Below the pieces are notes generated by a model. That model saw only the letters and a list, made by a program, of their open reading frames with translations, did no database searches and was not told the DNA's origin. The position numbers were made by a program, and so were the translations under genes. Below are positions 36,901 through 48,486 of a stretch of DNA of 64,000 bases, in pieces. Every line of letters begins with the position of its first letter. The stretch's first letter is position 1. This stretch comes from Pelomyxa schiedti (lineage: Eukaryota; Protista; Evosea), in contig JAHLWZ010000626.1 in the NCBI GenBank assembly GCA_020536535.1, positions 62,001 to 126,000 of the forward strand, in the 5' to 3' direction.

Positions 36901-39900
36901 GAAACATCTTCTGATATTCTTTTGAGGCAACGAGTGCCACAGCTCGGACTTCTGGGATCTCTGACTTTCGAGTGGGTTCTTGCGAACTTGGAGGTGTGAT
37001 GGATCTCTTTTTTGTTTCTTTGGTGTTAGGTTGACAATGGGTTCAGGGTTGCAAAGGTGCTGTTGCTGGAAGAAGAAAATGGAACAAGACTCAACAACCC
37101 ATCACGTGGTTCCACAAGTTATTCGCGGTATTGGACAACCTGAATTGCAAGACTTTAGTGACGTGCCAAGACGCCATCCTCCCGGCCAGTGATGGTTTTG
37201 TGTATTGCCCAGTACAAGCACAAGAAGAAGTGATTGAGTGCCCAACCTTTGAAAGTGATGAGGTATTTGTGAAAGGTTACAATTCTCAGTTTCTAACTCA
37301 ATCTATCAGGTCCCGCAAATTTTGGACTGTTTGAGCTTTCCCATCATCTCTGTCACAAATGAAACATATTTGACGTTTTTACGAAGATGCAAGGTGCTTC
37401 AACCTTTCACGGTCAAAGGCCTGATTCACGCCATGGTGAAAAACAGAAGTCACCTGCTGTGGGTAAACATCACCAATGAACACGCTGGATATTTGCTCCA
37501 ATACATCGAGTCGAACTTGCCGTTGGCTCCATCTTTAAAAACAGAGTTCATGAAAACCGATGAGCTGGGGTCTCTCCCTCTTTTCGTCTCTGCACAGACC
37601 GGACAACGTGCAGCCCTCAGACCCAACAACAGCAGTTGGCTCATTCCCCACGATTTCCCTCAGAGCCTTCTGCAAGTGTGTCCAAGAGATTTCCTTCGGG
37701 ACGCTGTCATCCAACCAAATTCAGTGAGTCCCAAGTTGTTTCACTTGTTGGGAGTTCAAGGAACAAAGTGGTCAGAATTGATACAATCTCTGTGTTTTGT
37801 GCTTCACCCTTTGCCAGCTGATTTACTCTCTGACTGGCAAACTTTAATCCTTTCCCATGTATTCAATCTTCACCCCAATGTTGCTTCTGTCGCATTTGTG
37901 CCTTCAGATGCGGGAACTGTGGAAGCCCCAGCGAATTTGTTTTCCCCTGAGAATGACCTTTTCAAATTGGCTTTCAGAGGAACAGACAAACTTCCGCATC
38001 ATGACAGTTATAAAAAATGGAAACCTGTACTTGACAGGCTCACGCTTGCGCAATTCACACCAACCAGTGCTCCAATTGTGGCACAGGCTGTTGTCAACCT
38101 GGAGGATCTCAACGCAAAGCGTGCTGGCTGTGTCTTGATTATGAAGGAAATCTGTTGTAACTCTCAAATGAAGGCAGTGTTCTCCAGCTTAGTGGGAATA
38201 CAGTTTGTTCCGTGCCAATACCAGCTCCCACACAAAATACCGCTTCTAAAGCCCCTCTTAGAAACAAAGCCCCAAGGCATCATATTTTTATCTCCAAAGG
38301 AATGTGTCCGATCAAACTGGTGTTGTTGGACACAGGTCCCTCAGAACCTTTATGATGACATTACCTATAGTTCATTTTTGCCTGAGTGCAAAATAAATGA
38401 TGTTCTCCAACATGCAGTGACCCTTTCTCAGTTTGCACTTCAGGAGGGCCATGACCAAGCCACTCTCTCTCAGATAAACTCCGAGCTCCATTCTGTGGCA
38501 AATCATGTCCATTCATTTTTGCAGTTCCAGAGGTACACAACATCCGGCACCTGGAGTGTGGCTTTTCTGGTTGAAACGAAATTCATTCCGTCATCCAAGG
38601 TTTTCTCACAACTGAAAGAAGAGATTGATGGGTTCGCATATATACTCCCAGACGAGTTTATAAGTTTTTCTCATTTCTCTGCAATCATTGGTTTGCAGAG
38701 CCTGCCTTCAATCAGTCAAGTATTCAACGAGCTGGAGACGTACAGGGAATCGTCACAATTTACTTGTGACGACAAACAAAAAATTTCGAAGCTCCTGAGT
38801 CTTTATGTTCAGTTACTTGGAAAACAAACTCCCAATGGGCGAGTTCTTGTTCCTGCAAACGAGTGGAGTTGCATGCTGAGGGCTCAAGACACTGTGTATT
38901 TCGACAAGGAGAGCTGGCATAACGTCATCAACCAATCCTTGGTTCCTCTTTGTTCTGTGCCTGTTGCTAAAGAAGTTGGATCTCAGCCGTTAAGCCAGTC
39001 AGTTAAAGAAGTCTCACATATTCATGGCACTTGTGCCAACGTGGCATTACAGGAAATCGTCACCTCCAGTGAGTTCTGCAAATCCCTTTGCGCAATACTG
39101 GATCACATGGACTGCAGTAGACTTAAAGAGATTGTTAAACAAAAGCTATTGGAGTTGAAGTCTTGGGAATTCTTGTGGGTAGAGCACCTCGACACAAAAT
39201 ACTTATTCAAGGGCTCTGATGTTACTATCCCACTCACGTACATGGGAAATGCTTTCCCTAAATCGTATGTGTTTGACCAAACGGCGAGAAAGCTTATAAC
39301 CACAAATGAGGACCCAGGCACTTCCTTTTTAGCAAAGGAGTTTGCCGACTACCTCACATTGGCCTTTTCAGAGGCTCCTTATTTCATTTCCACCATGCTC
39401 CAAGCAAAAACCAAGCATCACCTCCTGCAGACCATTTCCCAGCTTGGAATTACCGTGGGTGTGCACAACATGGCTCGAATAGGTGAGCCAGTTCTGAACT
39501 CAGAGCACACTTTTATACGCCCCTGCTTGTTTGGTATCAGTTTTGCTCAAGGGGAGGTGGTTACTTTTGTTGACGAAAAAGAGGAATGGAGGTATGGTGA
39601 GATTGTTACTTCATGTAAAACGGACAATCCCTTGCTGCAAATAAACCCACACAACCGTATCCCGCTTCACGCATCGCTCATTCTTCGTATGTGCCACCCT
39701 GAGTATTCCGTGCGCCAATGCCAACAGCCAGCAAACACAAAAGAAGTCCTGATGTGCACACATAGTCTCGTTGAGTCTCTCAGCACTATGACTTTCAACC
39801 GAACCTGCTTTGCACTGAACAGAATGAGTGATGTACTCAAAATATGTCGACAACAGGAACCAGAGAGACAAGATGTCGCCGACGCACTCCGCCTGATAGA

Positions 39901-40204
39901 AACACTGTACGAGCGCCTCCCATCACTTCTGAAGTCCTGCAAGATACACGCCGATCTTCTTCGGCTGGTCATTGGCTACCTCTACAAAGAAGATGCGCTT
40001 GCACTCGGCAAAACATGCAAGTGGATTTACAATGCCATATTCGCACCAGACTCACGCCTAAAAACACTGTACAACAGCCTCCAAGCAAGACCAAGGCCCC
40101 CGGTGCCCCCCACCTATCATTCTCCCACAACCCCCACATATTTCCCTCCAATGTACCCCCGTCGCGGTGGTGGTTGCAGACACTGCCCAACACATTGCCC
40201 CTAG
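30975..40204 (+). CDS. Sacsin-like giant protein with two HSP90-like SRR (sr1) modules, a degenerate J-like segment and a C-terminal F-box-like motif
   Basis: FGPHQTIVTRIREIL..QELLQNADDAGA..IGQFGIGFNSMYHLTD (31060-31520); FGQHVDVV..YEILQNADDAGA..IGRYGVGFLSCFHVTDLP (35020-35370); large exons 31317-35520 and 37322-40204. Confidence 0.85.
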
Positions 40205-40288
40205 TCAGAGGCTTGATTGTTGTCAACAACAAATTTTTCTGGTGCCTGATTTTTTCAATTGTCTTTAAATTAAGTTTTATGGTGAATA

Positions 40289-41756
40289 TTAATTGGTGCT
40301 GAATAGAACTATGGTAAAGGCGCAAGTGATGTCTTTGGAACCAAGCCACACTCGGTGTTGTAACCCAAGGTGTGCCTCGTCAAGAGGAAGCATCACTGCC
40401 TGCGCCAATACACTTCTGAGGAGGTCCCAGTGTGCCACAGTGATTTTCGGGGGTACTACCATCGGAATGGCTGTTGCCGGGGATGCATTTCCTGGCCATA
40501 GAACAAGTGCCGATTTGGGGCTTGGGGACCACACCCAGCACAGTTGGTTTGTTCCACGGGTGGTGTGCTCCGTTATTGCCGCCTGGATTTGGTCAGTGAT
40601 ATCCGTCCATCCGGTCTCTGGGAGTGTGATTTCCACAGTCCACTGGCCCTAATAGGATGTAAGGAATTACAGCTAGGTAATTAATACATACAACGATGTC
40701 GGATGTTTCAAGTACGGTTACAACTGTCCGAGAATGGCCACAGCCCCATCCGCCACTATCTCTGTGCTCTACCAAGTAGACACCTTCTTGATCAAAACTG
40801 TGGGAAAGAGGGATAGACAAAGTTGGGCCCACAACAGCAGTTTTGGCATGAGCAGGCATATCATCGCTACCTTGTTTTGGAGTGTTAGAAGGAAGATGAA
40901 AAACCAATAAGAAAACTCCACGACGACATGCCTTCATAAGTGTGCTGAAAAAATTCGTCATTCCATTTTTCAGGTATTAACGCACTCAGGCTATTCTCCA
41001 TTGCTCGGGATGCAACTTCACTCATGATGGAAAGGGAAGCACTGGTATGCAGAATTTCAAGGTGGGCTATCCCGGAAAGTGGCTTGGGTGAACTCCAGTG
41101 ATTTCTCAGCTTAGGGAATATGTTTAGAGCTCCTCTTGGGCTGCTAACCACATCACGCCAATGAAGGGAAGGACCAGAGAGCACGTGAAGAGTTGCAATG
41201 ATCTCGATATCCCTGGCCGAACGGGCAAAGTTGCACACGTAAATTCCTTGCCAAGTCCCGTGATCTTTGGTATGCATCTTGAATAAAAAAAACGAGAGAA
41301 AGGTCTATCCAGCGGGACACACTCCATTCGCCGTTCAGCACAGGCAGAGACAAACTATGTCCAATCAGAGAGGCACTCGCACTGCCAGCAGAATCCCCAC
41401 ACCTCTGTGTCACCTTATTCATAGCAGCATGCAAGTCAGTTCTCACTGTAGGGTCACAGTTCTCATTCAATGTCCTGAGTCCCCAATCAATTTATCGTCA
41501 TCTAATACGCAAAGCCCAAACGTCCAACTCCAAAAAACCAAACATACAAAGCAGCACTTGGGGTGTCACAAAACAAGTGCAGAACCGCGGCGTTTGCTTT
41601 TCTCACGGCGGATCGCGCTGCACCACCGCTGACAACGTCTTCCACTCCCACAAGTGCGCAAGACCCTCCCCCAACGCGCACGCTTGCTCGCCACCGCAAG
41701 AACGGCGACGATGATCCTCCGGAAGACGATGTAGTTGCCGTAGTCGTGGCGCTCAT
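40289..41756 (-). CDS. 410-aa protein with three tandem YjbQ/UPF0047 domains (possible N-terminal extension to ATG 41870)
   Basis: Exons 41548-41756, 41323-41474, 40932-41264, 40692-40870, 40289-40648 (1233 nt); hallmark motifs LTLNENCDPTVR, GTWQGIY, HTSASL, HTYEGSDDMPAH, YLVEHR. Confidence 0.85.
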
Positions 41757-41938
41757 GAGATCTGATGCAATCACCGGGTCGTACCACGATCTTGTTGTTG
41801 TATTTTGGCCGCTTGTGGCCGAGCAAAAGGTGCATAACACTAAGAGAATGGGGAGCAGATCTCCGGTCATACACTCCACCGACTCTTGGTAGTTGAAGAG
41901 GTTTTTCCTTTTCTTTGTTTCTTTTACCGAAGACTTCG

Positions 41939-43945
41939 ATGGGGACCCACGGTAATTGTGCCAAATTCCCCTTCGCCGGCAGACGTTGCAGGTTCGATGC
42001 ATTGGCGCCGCAACCAAGTACAGCCCACAAGCCAGAGCCACCCCCGCCCTCGCCCTCGTCCTCCACGAGTCAAACTCCGACGCTCGCAACTACTACGAGT
42101 GGCCACAACAACCAAGGGAGGCGCAGCCGCGCCGAGGCCCGCGCCGTGTCCCCCTACACCAAGCAACTCAGGGCCCTCTGCACCACCCCCACCCTCCGCA
42201 CCCTAGCCTCCGCTTACAAGAAGCACCAGCACCAGCAGCAGCAGGCCCAGCCCCAGCCCCACTCCCGCTCCCGCTCCTCCTCGGCCAGCAACCCTGGCGC
42301 CGCGCCCTCCCCTGCCGATTCCCAGCCCACCTCCCTCTCCCCTTCGTCTCCCTCGTTCCCCGAGGCGTACTTGTGGGCGCAGGTGGCGGCGGAGGTGCGG
42401 TTCCTGGTGGCGTGCGGGGCGCGGGCGGACACGACGGCCACCAAGCCCGCGCTGCTGTGCGTCGTCGCGGCGGACGACTCCAAGGCGGGCCTCGCCGCGC
42501 TGCTGTGCGAGTGCTACGGCGCCGAGTACGTGCGCCGCGCCGCCACGCACTCGGGCCGGTGCACGGCGCTGCACGTCGCCGCCGCGTCGCGGTCGTGGGC
42601 GACGCTCAAGATCCTGCTCAGCTGGGGCGCCGACGTCGGCGCGGTCAACAGGAAGATGCAGACCGCGCTGGACTTGGCGATCATGGGAGACTGGAGGGAG
42701 GGAGCGTGGGAGATGCTGTGCGCGACGCCTCCCACAATGATGGTTCCCGCGGATTACATGAGCGCATTTGTGTCGTGTACCGTGCGCCGCGACTCGAGAT
42801 ACAAGCACGCGATGTGGGATTGGTTTTACGGGATCGCAAGGAAGTCCTGGTCACAGTCATTTAGCGAAATTCTGACTTTTTGTGGCTCATTCCACAGAAG
42901 ACTTGGTATCCATTATTATCCACTATGCTATTTTTTGGGGAAAATACTTTACTAGTAGAGAACGACTCTATGTGTTTTTTTATCTTTCTATTGAGGGGCT
43001 ATTTCACACTCACCACGAAACTATTAGGGTGCAGAAGCCCTGCTCGCAATTTGCCATCATTTCTGGTCGTTGAAATAGCTGATTTGTTGCTGGCGAATTC
43101 ATGCCCAAGGATTCCATCCCCAAAGCTGTTCAATTGGCTGAGAACCCAAGTAGAACTTGACAAGGGCTGCGCGGAAAACGTCGCGCGAATCCTTTATGCA
43201 GTCCGCGGCTACCTGCTGAACAACGACCTAACGAACCAATCAGCTGAATCATACCTGAGACTAGTACTGAGCATATCTTCTCCCACATTCTCCTGTTTCA
43301 GACTTCAGACCTGCTGCACGCGTTGCTTCACTGCCTTGATTATGTGTATATACACGCGGTGTCACACGCCGCAGCACATCAACCTTATTGCGGAAATATT
43401 CCGCACCATGCTGTCAGATACTCATTCTGAGATTGTTACCCTTCCTCTTCTCGAGGAAATCGCACCGTTTGTCAACCCACAATGCTTCACCGCACCCCCG
43501 TGGGGGTTCCATTACTGCAAGTCCGAGAACAGGCTGCACCTGTTTTCAGAACTCATTTTCGGTGCGCATGCCTTATCGGATGCAATGAAGTCACCAACCA
43601 AGCATGATCAAGCTGTGCAATTTGCACAAATGTGGCTCAATCCAACAACACCAAAAGAAATGCAGTCCAGGACAACTGAAAACCTCAGGGATTTGTTACG
43701 TAGGACTCTAGGGATCATTGTTCCGTGGTATTAGTGGAGAACTGATTGAATTCCATCACTTTATTGAAGGTTTTTTTTTTGTTTTATCTGGAAGATATTT
43801 GGGCAAAAGCGCGTTGGGTGTACTTTTCAAGCATTATTCCAAGGTCCTTGACTGCCATAGTGCACACGACATCCCTCATGAAGTCGCTTATGACTCTGAT
43901 GTGCTCCACAGAATGCAATGCTGGATTGCTGATCCACGCCACTAG
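41939..43945 (+). CDS. Ankyrin-repeat protein with a helical C-terminal region
   Basis: GRCTALHVAAASRSWATLKILLSWGADVGAVNRKMQTALDLA; downstream colinear ORFs to 43945; start codon uncertain. Confidence 0.65.
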
Positions 43946-44005
43946 GTAACAAAGGTTGAGTCAGAATACAAGTTATGTTCGGTATTACCAAGGAATTGGG
44001 ACTCC

Positions 44006-45291
44006 TTAAAAATACATTTCAGAGCAAAAACGTAGTCCTGAATCTCCCTGTTTAGAATTTAGCCGGAAGTACGTGTCATTCCCTTGTGAAACCTTGGTGT
44101 AGCTGAAACCAGCACCGCGGCACCTTTTATAATCATTGTTTTCATTCCTTTTTGTAATCTCTCCCATGTTTGTGTAGCCGAGACTGCTGGCTGCCCCGGA
44201 GGCTATGGTAAAGGTAAATGTTGAGGGTCCACAGTAAACAGGAGCATACATCAGCTTTTGTTTTTCCAGAAATACAACCGAGGTGTTGTGAAAGGGTGTT
44301 TTGAATCACATCACAGCTGGCCGAAAATGTAGTTAATTCCTAGAGTTTTCGTTAGAGGGTTTGTTAATGTATGGGGAATCAACTTGAAAGACCATGTCAT
44401 TGGGCTCAGGGCTTAGGAGCTGCAGACGTTGCAATGACTCAATCACTGGGTAGCAGGCAGCAAGTTTGGCTTGTACTGCGGTTAGTTTTACATCCCGCTG
44501 ATTCCTTTGTAAAGTAAATAAACTTGTGATTTCTAGAAGGCAGCGAATAATCACCAAACTGTGCTTGGTATATACAACTTAGGTGTCAAAAACCCACCAG
44601 TGGTCATTGTTGTGAGAAGTGTTTTCATCATGTGAAAAGGTTTGACTAAGTCTTCACATGGTATCTCAGGAGGTGGCTATGGCACTACAGTAAGTTGCAA
44701 ACAATCAAATTTCAGAGAAAGCACTTTTACGAAAGCAATCGGTTCAAAGGCAGCCGATTCTGGTGGTGGTTCAGGATGCCTGCATCACTTAAGTTATTGG
44801 GTGCAACAATATAACAAAACCAAAAAAACCTCACTTGACAAGGATTGGGTTGGTTTGTTCAATGAGTTCCATTCTCCTCTGGTATGCTTGCATCTATGGT
44901 CTGATTTAGTTTTGAAAAAGTAGTCAATGCACAGTAGAAGTGGACCTTTGGCAGTAGGCAGCTAATATCAGGTGAACGAGCAAGCTCCTTGCTTAAAATA
45001 TCCACAGCTTGCATGTAGTTTTGATGTGCAGTCAAGTAATCTTTTTTTTAACAGAACAAAAAAAAAAGGGTTAGGTTCTCCAGCATGAGAATACGCAAGC
45101 TGGGAAGTAGATGCATATGAGTGTGCCCAGGACACACCAAGCTTTTCGTCCGCGGCGACGGCGGTTGTGGCGTACAACAGCGCCTGCTTCAACGTAGCCA
45201 CCAGCACCATCGCATTTTTTCCAGTCGAAACAGATGACGACGTCGACGAAACAACCGACGGCGTCGAGGTGGGCACACCCGAGGCCATCAT
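44006..45291 (-). CDS. MIT-domain protein with a conserved C-terminal domain; 3' end uncertain
   Basis: Spliced LKQALLYATTAVAADEKL/DYLTAHQNYMQAVDILSKELARSP..K/MQAYQRRMELIE matches the MIT three-helix pattern; later KPFHMMKTLLTTMTTGGFLTPKLYIPSTVW..VKLTAVQAKLAAC resembles the C-terminal domain of fungal MIT proteins. Confidence 0.65.
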
Positions 45292-45451
45292 TATTCTGCT
45301 CCCAAAAACAAAAAAAAAATCACCCAGGCCACTCTCAGCCGCAGCGAAGATCTCGCGGCGCTTCGGCGAAGGAGAAGACGGTTCGTTCTGGGCGAATTCC
45401 TCTGTGTTCCTCACAGGCAGCACAGCAAACAAAAAAAAAATAGCAAGGAGG

Positions 45452-46312
45452 ATGGAGGTGCGCGTGGTTGCCTTTGTGGTTCTGATTGGTTGTGCAGTTG
45501 CACTTTCGCCAGAGGATGGCTATGTCTTCCCAGACAGGTACCAGGCCTTGGTCACTGGAGTTGTGGCTGATTTCTACTCACTGCACCAACCAATCCAAGC
45601 ATGCTACTTTTCTTTTTTTTTTCCCTGTTACTGGGGAACTATAAGTTAATAAGCAAAAAGTCTACTGGGTGGATGTTTACGGACTACACTGAGGGAACAA
45701 AGCAAAGAATTGATGAAATATGGAACATCACAACCATTCTGCATACTCCTCTTTACACTATCAGTGGAATTACCGCCGATACACATCTGTTCTTTGATGA
45801 TGTTGCCTATTTCTAGTGAGTAAATTGCCTTTTGTGACCCCTTTACGATTGCTACTCCCTAAAGTTATATAACAATGGGGTAATGCGGCTTATCTATGTT
45901 TGAATATACAGTTACAACACAGTCAATGGTTCGGTCTGCTCTGCCAGTATAAGTGGTAAAATTGGCCAATATGACTATGACTCTCCAGACTGCTTTCGTG
46001 GAGAACAAGTTCTTGATGGGCAGAACGTTGCTTCCCCATTCCCTCACTTTTTCTACAATATACAATTCACTTTTCTTTATCCCTCAGGTTTATGTCTATC
46101 AGAGTCTGAACAACCAGACCCTTATATCACAACTCTATGTGTCCCAAATCACAGGAGCTCCTGTACTCCTGTCAGTCTTTGCTCCCACGGAGTACAACAC
46201 ACCCACCTCCCTCTTTGACTACAGCAATGTCTACTTCCTCACATTTGACTCAACCACCAAATCCTTCCCCAAGGACCTCTTTGCTATCCCTTCTTACTGC
46301 CCAGCTTCCTGA
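45452..46312 (+). CDS. Secreted/lysosomal ependymin-related (EPDR, LolA-like fold) protein
   Basis: Signal peptide, early P..Y...V.G strand, beta-rich body, terminal DLFAIPSYC motif typical of EPDRs. Confidence 0.55.
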
Positions 46313-46445
46313 AACACCTCTTTCCAATAGAAATAGAAAATAAACCAGCGTCTTTCACAACTTGCCTAAAATCATCGATTTCGCCAATTCAAAACGTTAG
46401 TTGGGGGTTTTGGAGCTTTGGTGTTTGGCGACGAAAGAACCCCAA

Positions 46446-47849
46446 ATGGATCCCACAAGTGTTTCTTCCTCCATGTTTGGTGGCAGCAGTAGTAGCAGCA
46501 GTGATGGGAAATGGAGGGAGGCGTCGCAGCTGGAGACCTATGTGTTGTCGATAACTTGCGGGACACTCTCAATTGTGGGATGCCTCATTGTGTTTGCCAG
46601 TTACGCCTTGTTCCCTGTGTGTACTTTTTTCCCCTTATGTTTCTGGAGTGTTTGAAGCCTTTTTTTTTTGTTGCCTTACTTAGGAGGATAGGAACAACGG
46701 ACGAGACCAAGGTTTCTTATTTTAATGCTATCTTTTTGTGATTTTGGCCAGGTGTGCCACCATGCATTCTTAGGTTTCTTGGGTGGGACTTTGCTTAAAT
46801 TTTAATAGGCACTGTTTTTTTGCATTGTTGGTGACTTTCATGGAATTGGGTGCAGTATTTTGGCTGCCTATGGTACTCCCCACTTTTTTTTGACGACCCA
46901 CACAAATATAACATCGTTCATTGCCGCCTCCACACAACTGATTCTTCTTGAGGCATCTTTTTTGCTCTGACTACCTTTTTCTGGACTGTAATTCGCGTTC
47001 CTGGTATCCTTCCATGCCTAACACATTCATGCAGGCCTGTATTTCCTTGTACTCCTTTGCCATAGTTCGAGAAATGTATAACAAGATGGTGAATCACAAA
47101 GAGCCATCCACCAAGCGGTACTCACTAATATGGTTTCACTTTGTTTCCTGGGGTTTACCTGCCCTTCTCACATTGGCTGCACTGCTTGCAGGAAAGTTGG
47201 AAACTGATCCTGAAGGATACTGGTGCTTCATTAGGTAATGAGCTTCAGCCAATTTGCCACTTTCACATATTATTTCCAGCTCGGAGTATGAGGTGTGGCG
47301 AACGGTAGTTTTTGTGGTTCCACTTCTAGGCTGTTGGTGTACTACTGTAACCTTTACTGTGATATCAAACTTTCTTGTTGTCAAAACAAAGAGATATATT
47401 TTCATCAATAAGGTACATCACAAGTTTCACACCTTTTTTTTACCAGTAACAATTAGGCAAGGCAAAGTGAAAAATCACGCTTAGTTGAACAGAGTACATG
47501 GTCCTGGCAACTTAGAATGCTCCTTGTGCCAACAATTTTCTTTGTATGCAGAGTGTGGGATGTCATATACCGCATAGATGAAATTGTATGCCAATTTGAG
47601 GACAAAGAACCCCTTGGTGTATTTCAGGCATGGTGGTACACTGGATTAATTATTATTGGAGACTCCACTCAGGGCCTTGCCAACTGTCTTGTATTTGTAA
47701 TATTTGAGAAAGAAACCATGGTGAGGTGGAGCTTCTGGATACGGGGACTATTCAGTAAAAGAAGACTCCAACCAGGATTGATTGAAAGTGATGGTGTTGC
47801 ACTGGTTCCCGAACTTGTGGACCAAGATACACCAGTAAATAGCCATTGA
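46446..47849 (+). CDS. 7TM GPCR, cAMP-receptor-like (CAR/Crl, GPR157-like)
   Basis: TLSIVGCLIVFASY, LILMLSFCDF, FHFVSWGLPALL, GYWCFI, TQGLANCLVFV. Confidence 0.8.
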
Positions 47850-47899
47850 TCTGGTCAATGGGTAAAAACAACAACAAAGTATTTCTAAACTCACAAAAT

Positions 47900-48486
47900 T
47901 TAAGTTGGCTGAACGTAGTAGCGTTGCATAAGGTGCAACTGCATGAAGGCACCACAGCCAATCAATATTCCAAATGCCAAAATAACTTGCACAATAATAC
48001 GTGCAATAATAACATTATCATACACCTGTTTAAACAAGAAAAACTTATTTCCAACTATATTGTAAAGGAATGAATGCTCACCTTGGTTTCATCACCTTGG
48101 AACCTGCGAGGTCCAAAAATAAAAAACAGCAAAAGCCCCACAAAAACGCAAACGCAAGTCCCCAACACAAGTCTATTCACAAACAACCAAAAATTGCCCA
48201 ACAACAAAGTTAGCAAATACCCAGCACCCAATAGCAATAACACACTTTGTTTTGGATGGCACTGCAATTGATGCAGCTACAACAGCCACAACAGATAGAC
48301 CAGCCACAATAATCAATATCACTGTTCCAATTCCCAGCACTCCAACCCTAGCACCTTTGTCCCATTATTGCGTGAATGGCAGCAACGGCCCATACTGTTT
48401 GAATCCTCGTTGGTATCTGCTGCATCAATCGTCGATGCCAAAACCCAGACCAACAGCGGCACCAACGACACGCCAAAATTCCCCAT
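47900..48486 (-). CDS. TMEM218: TMEM218-like ciliary transition-zone membrane protein, 138 aa
   Basis: Exons 48396-48486, 48246-48354, 48082-48172, 47900-48025 (417 nt): signal peptide + VLGIGTVILII.. TM1, ..LLFFIFGPR TM2, VYDNVIIARIIV..HLMQRYYVQPT; parallels TMEM218 as recalled (VLGVGAGVFIL..LLLFPR..IVDDFFIGRY..EPIYAKP). Confidence 0.65.

Noticed and set aside
1679-40204. Apparent cluster of ubiquitin-system genes (RING, CUE-SKICH, RNFT1, PCI, F-box sacsin)
   Set aside because: These domain classes are abundant in eukaryotic genomes and are interspersed with unrelated genes; no evidence of co-regulation
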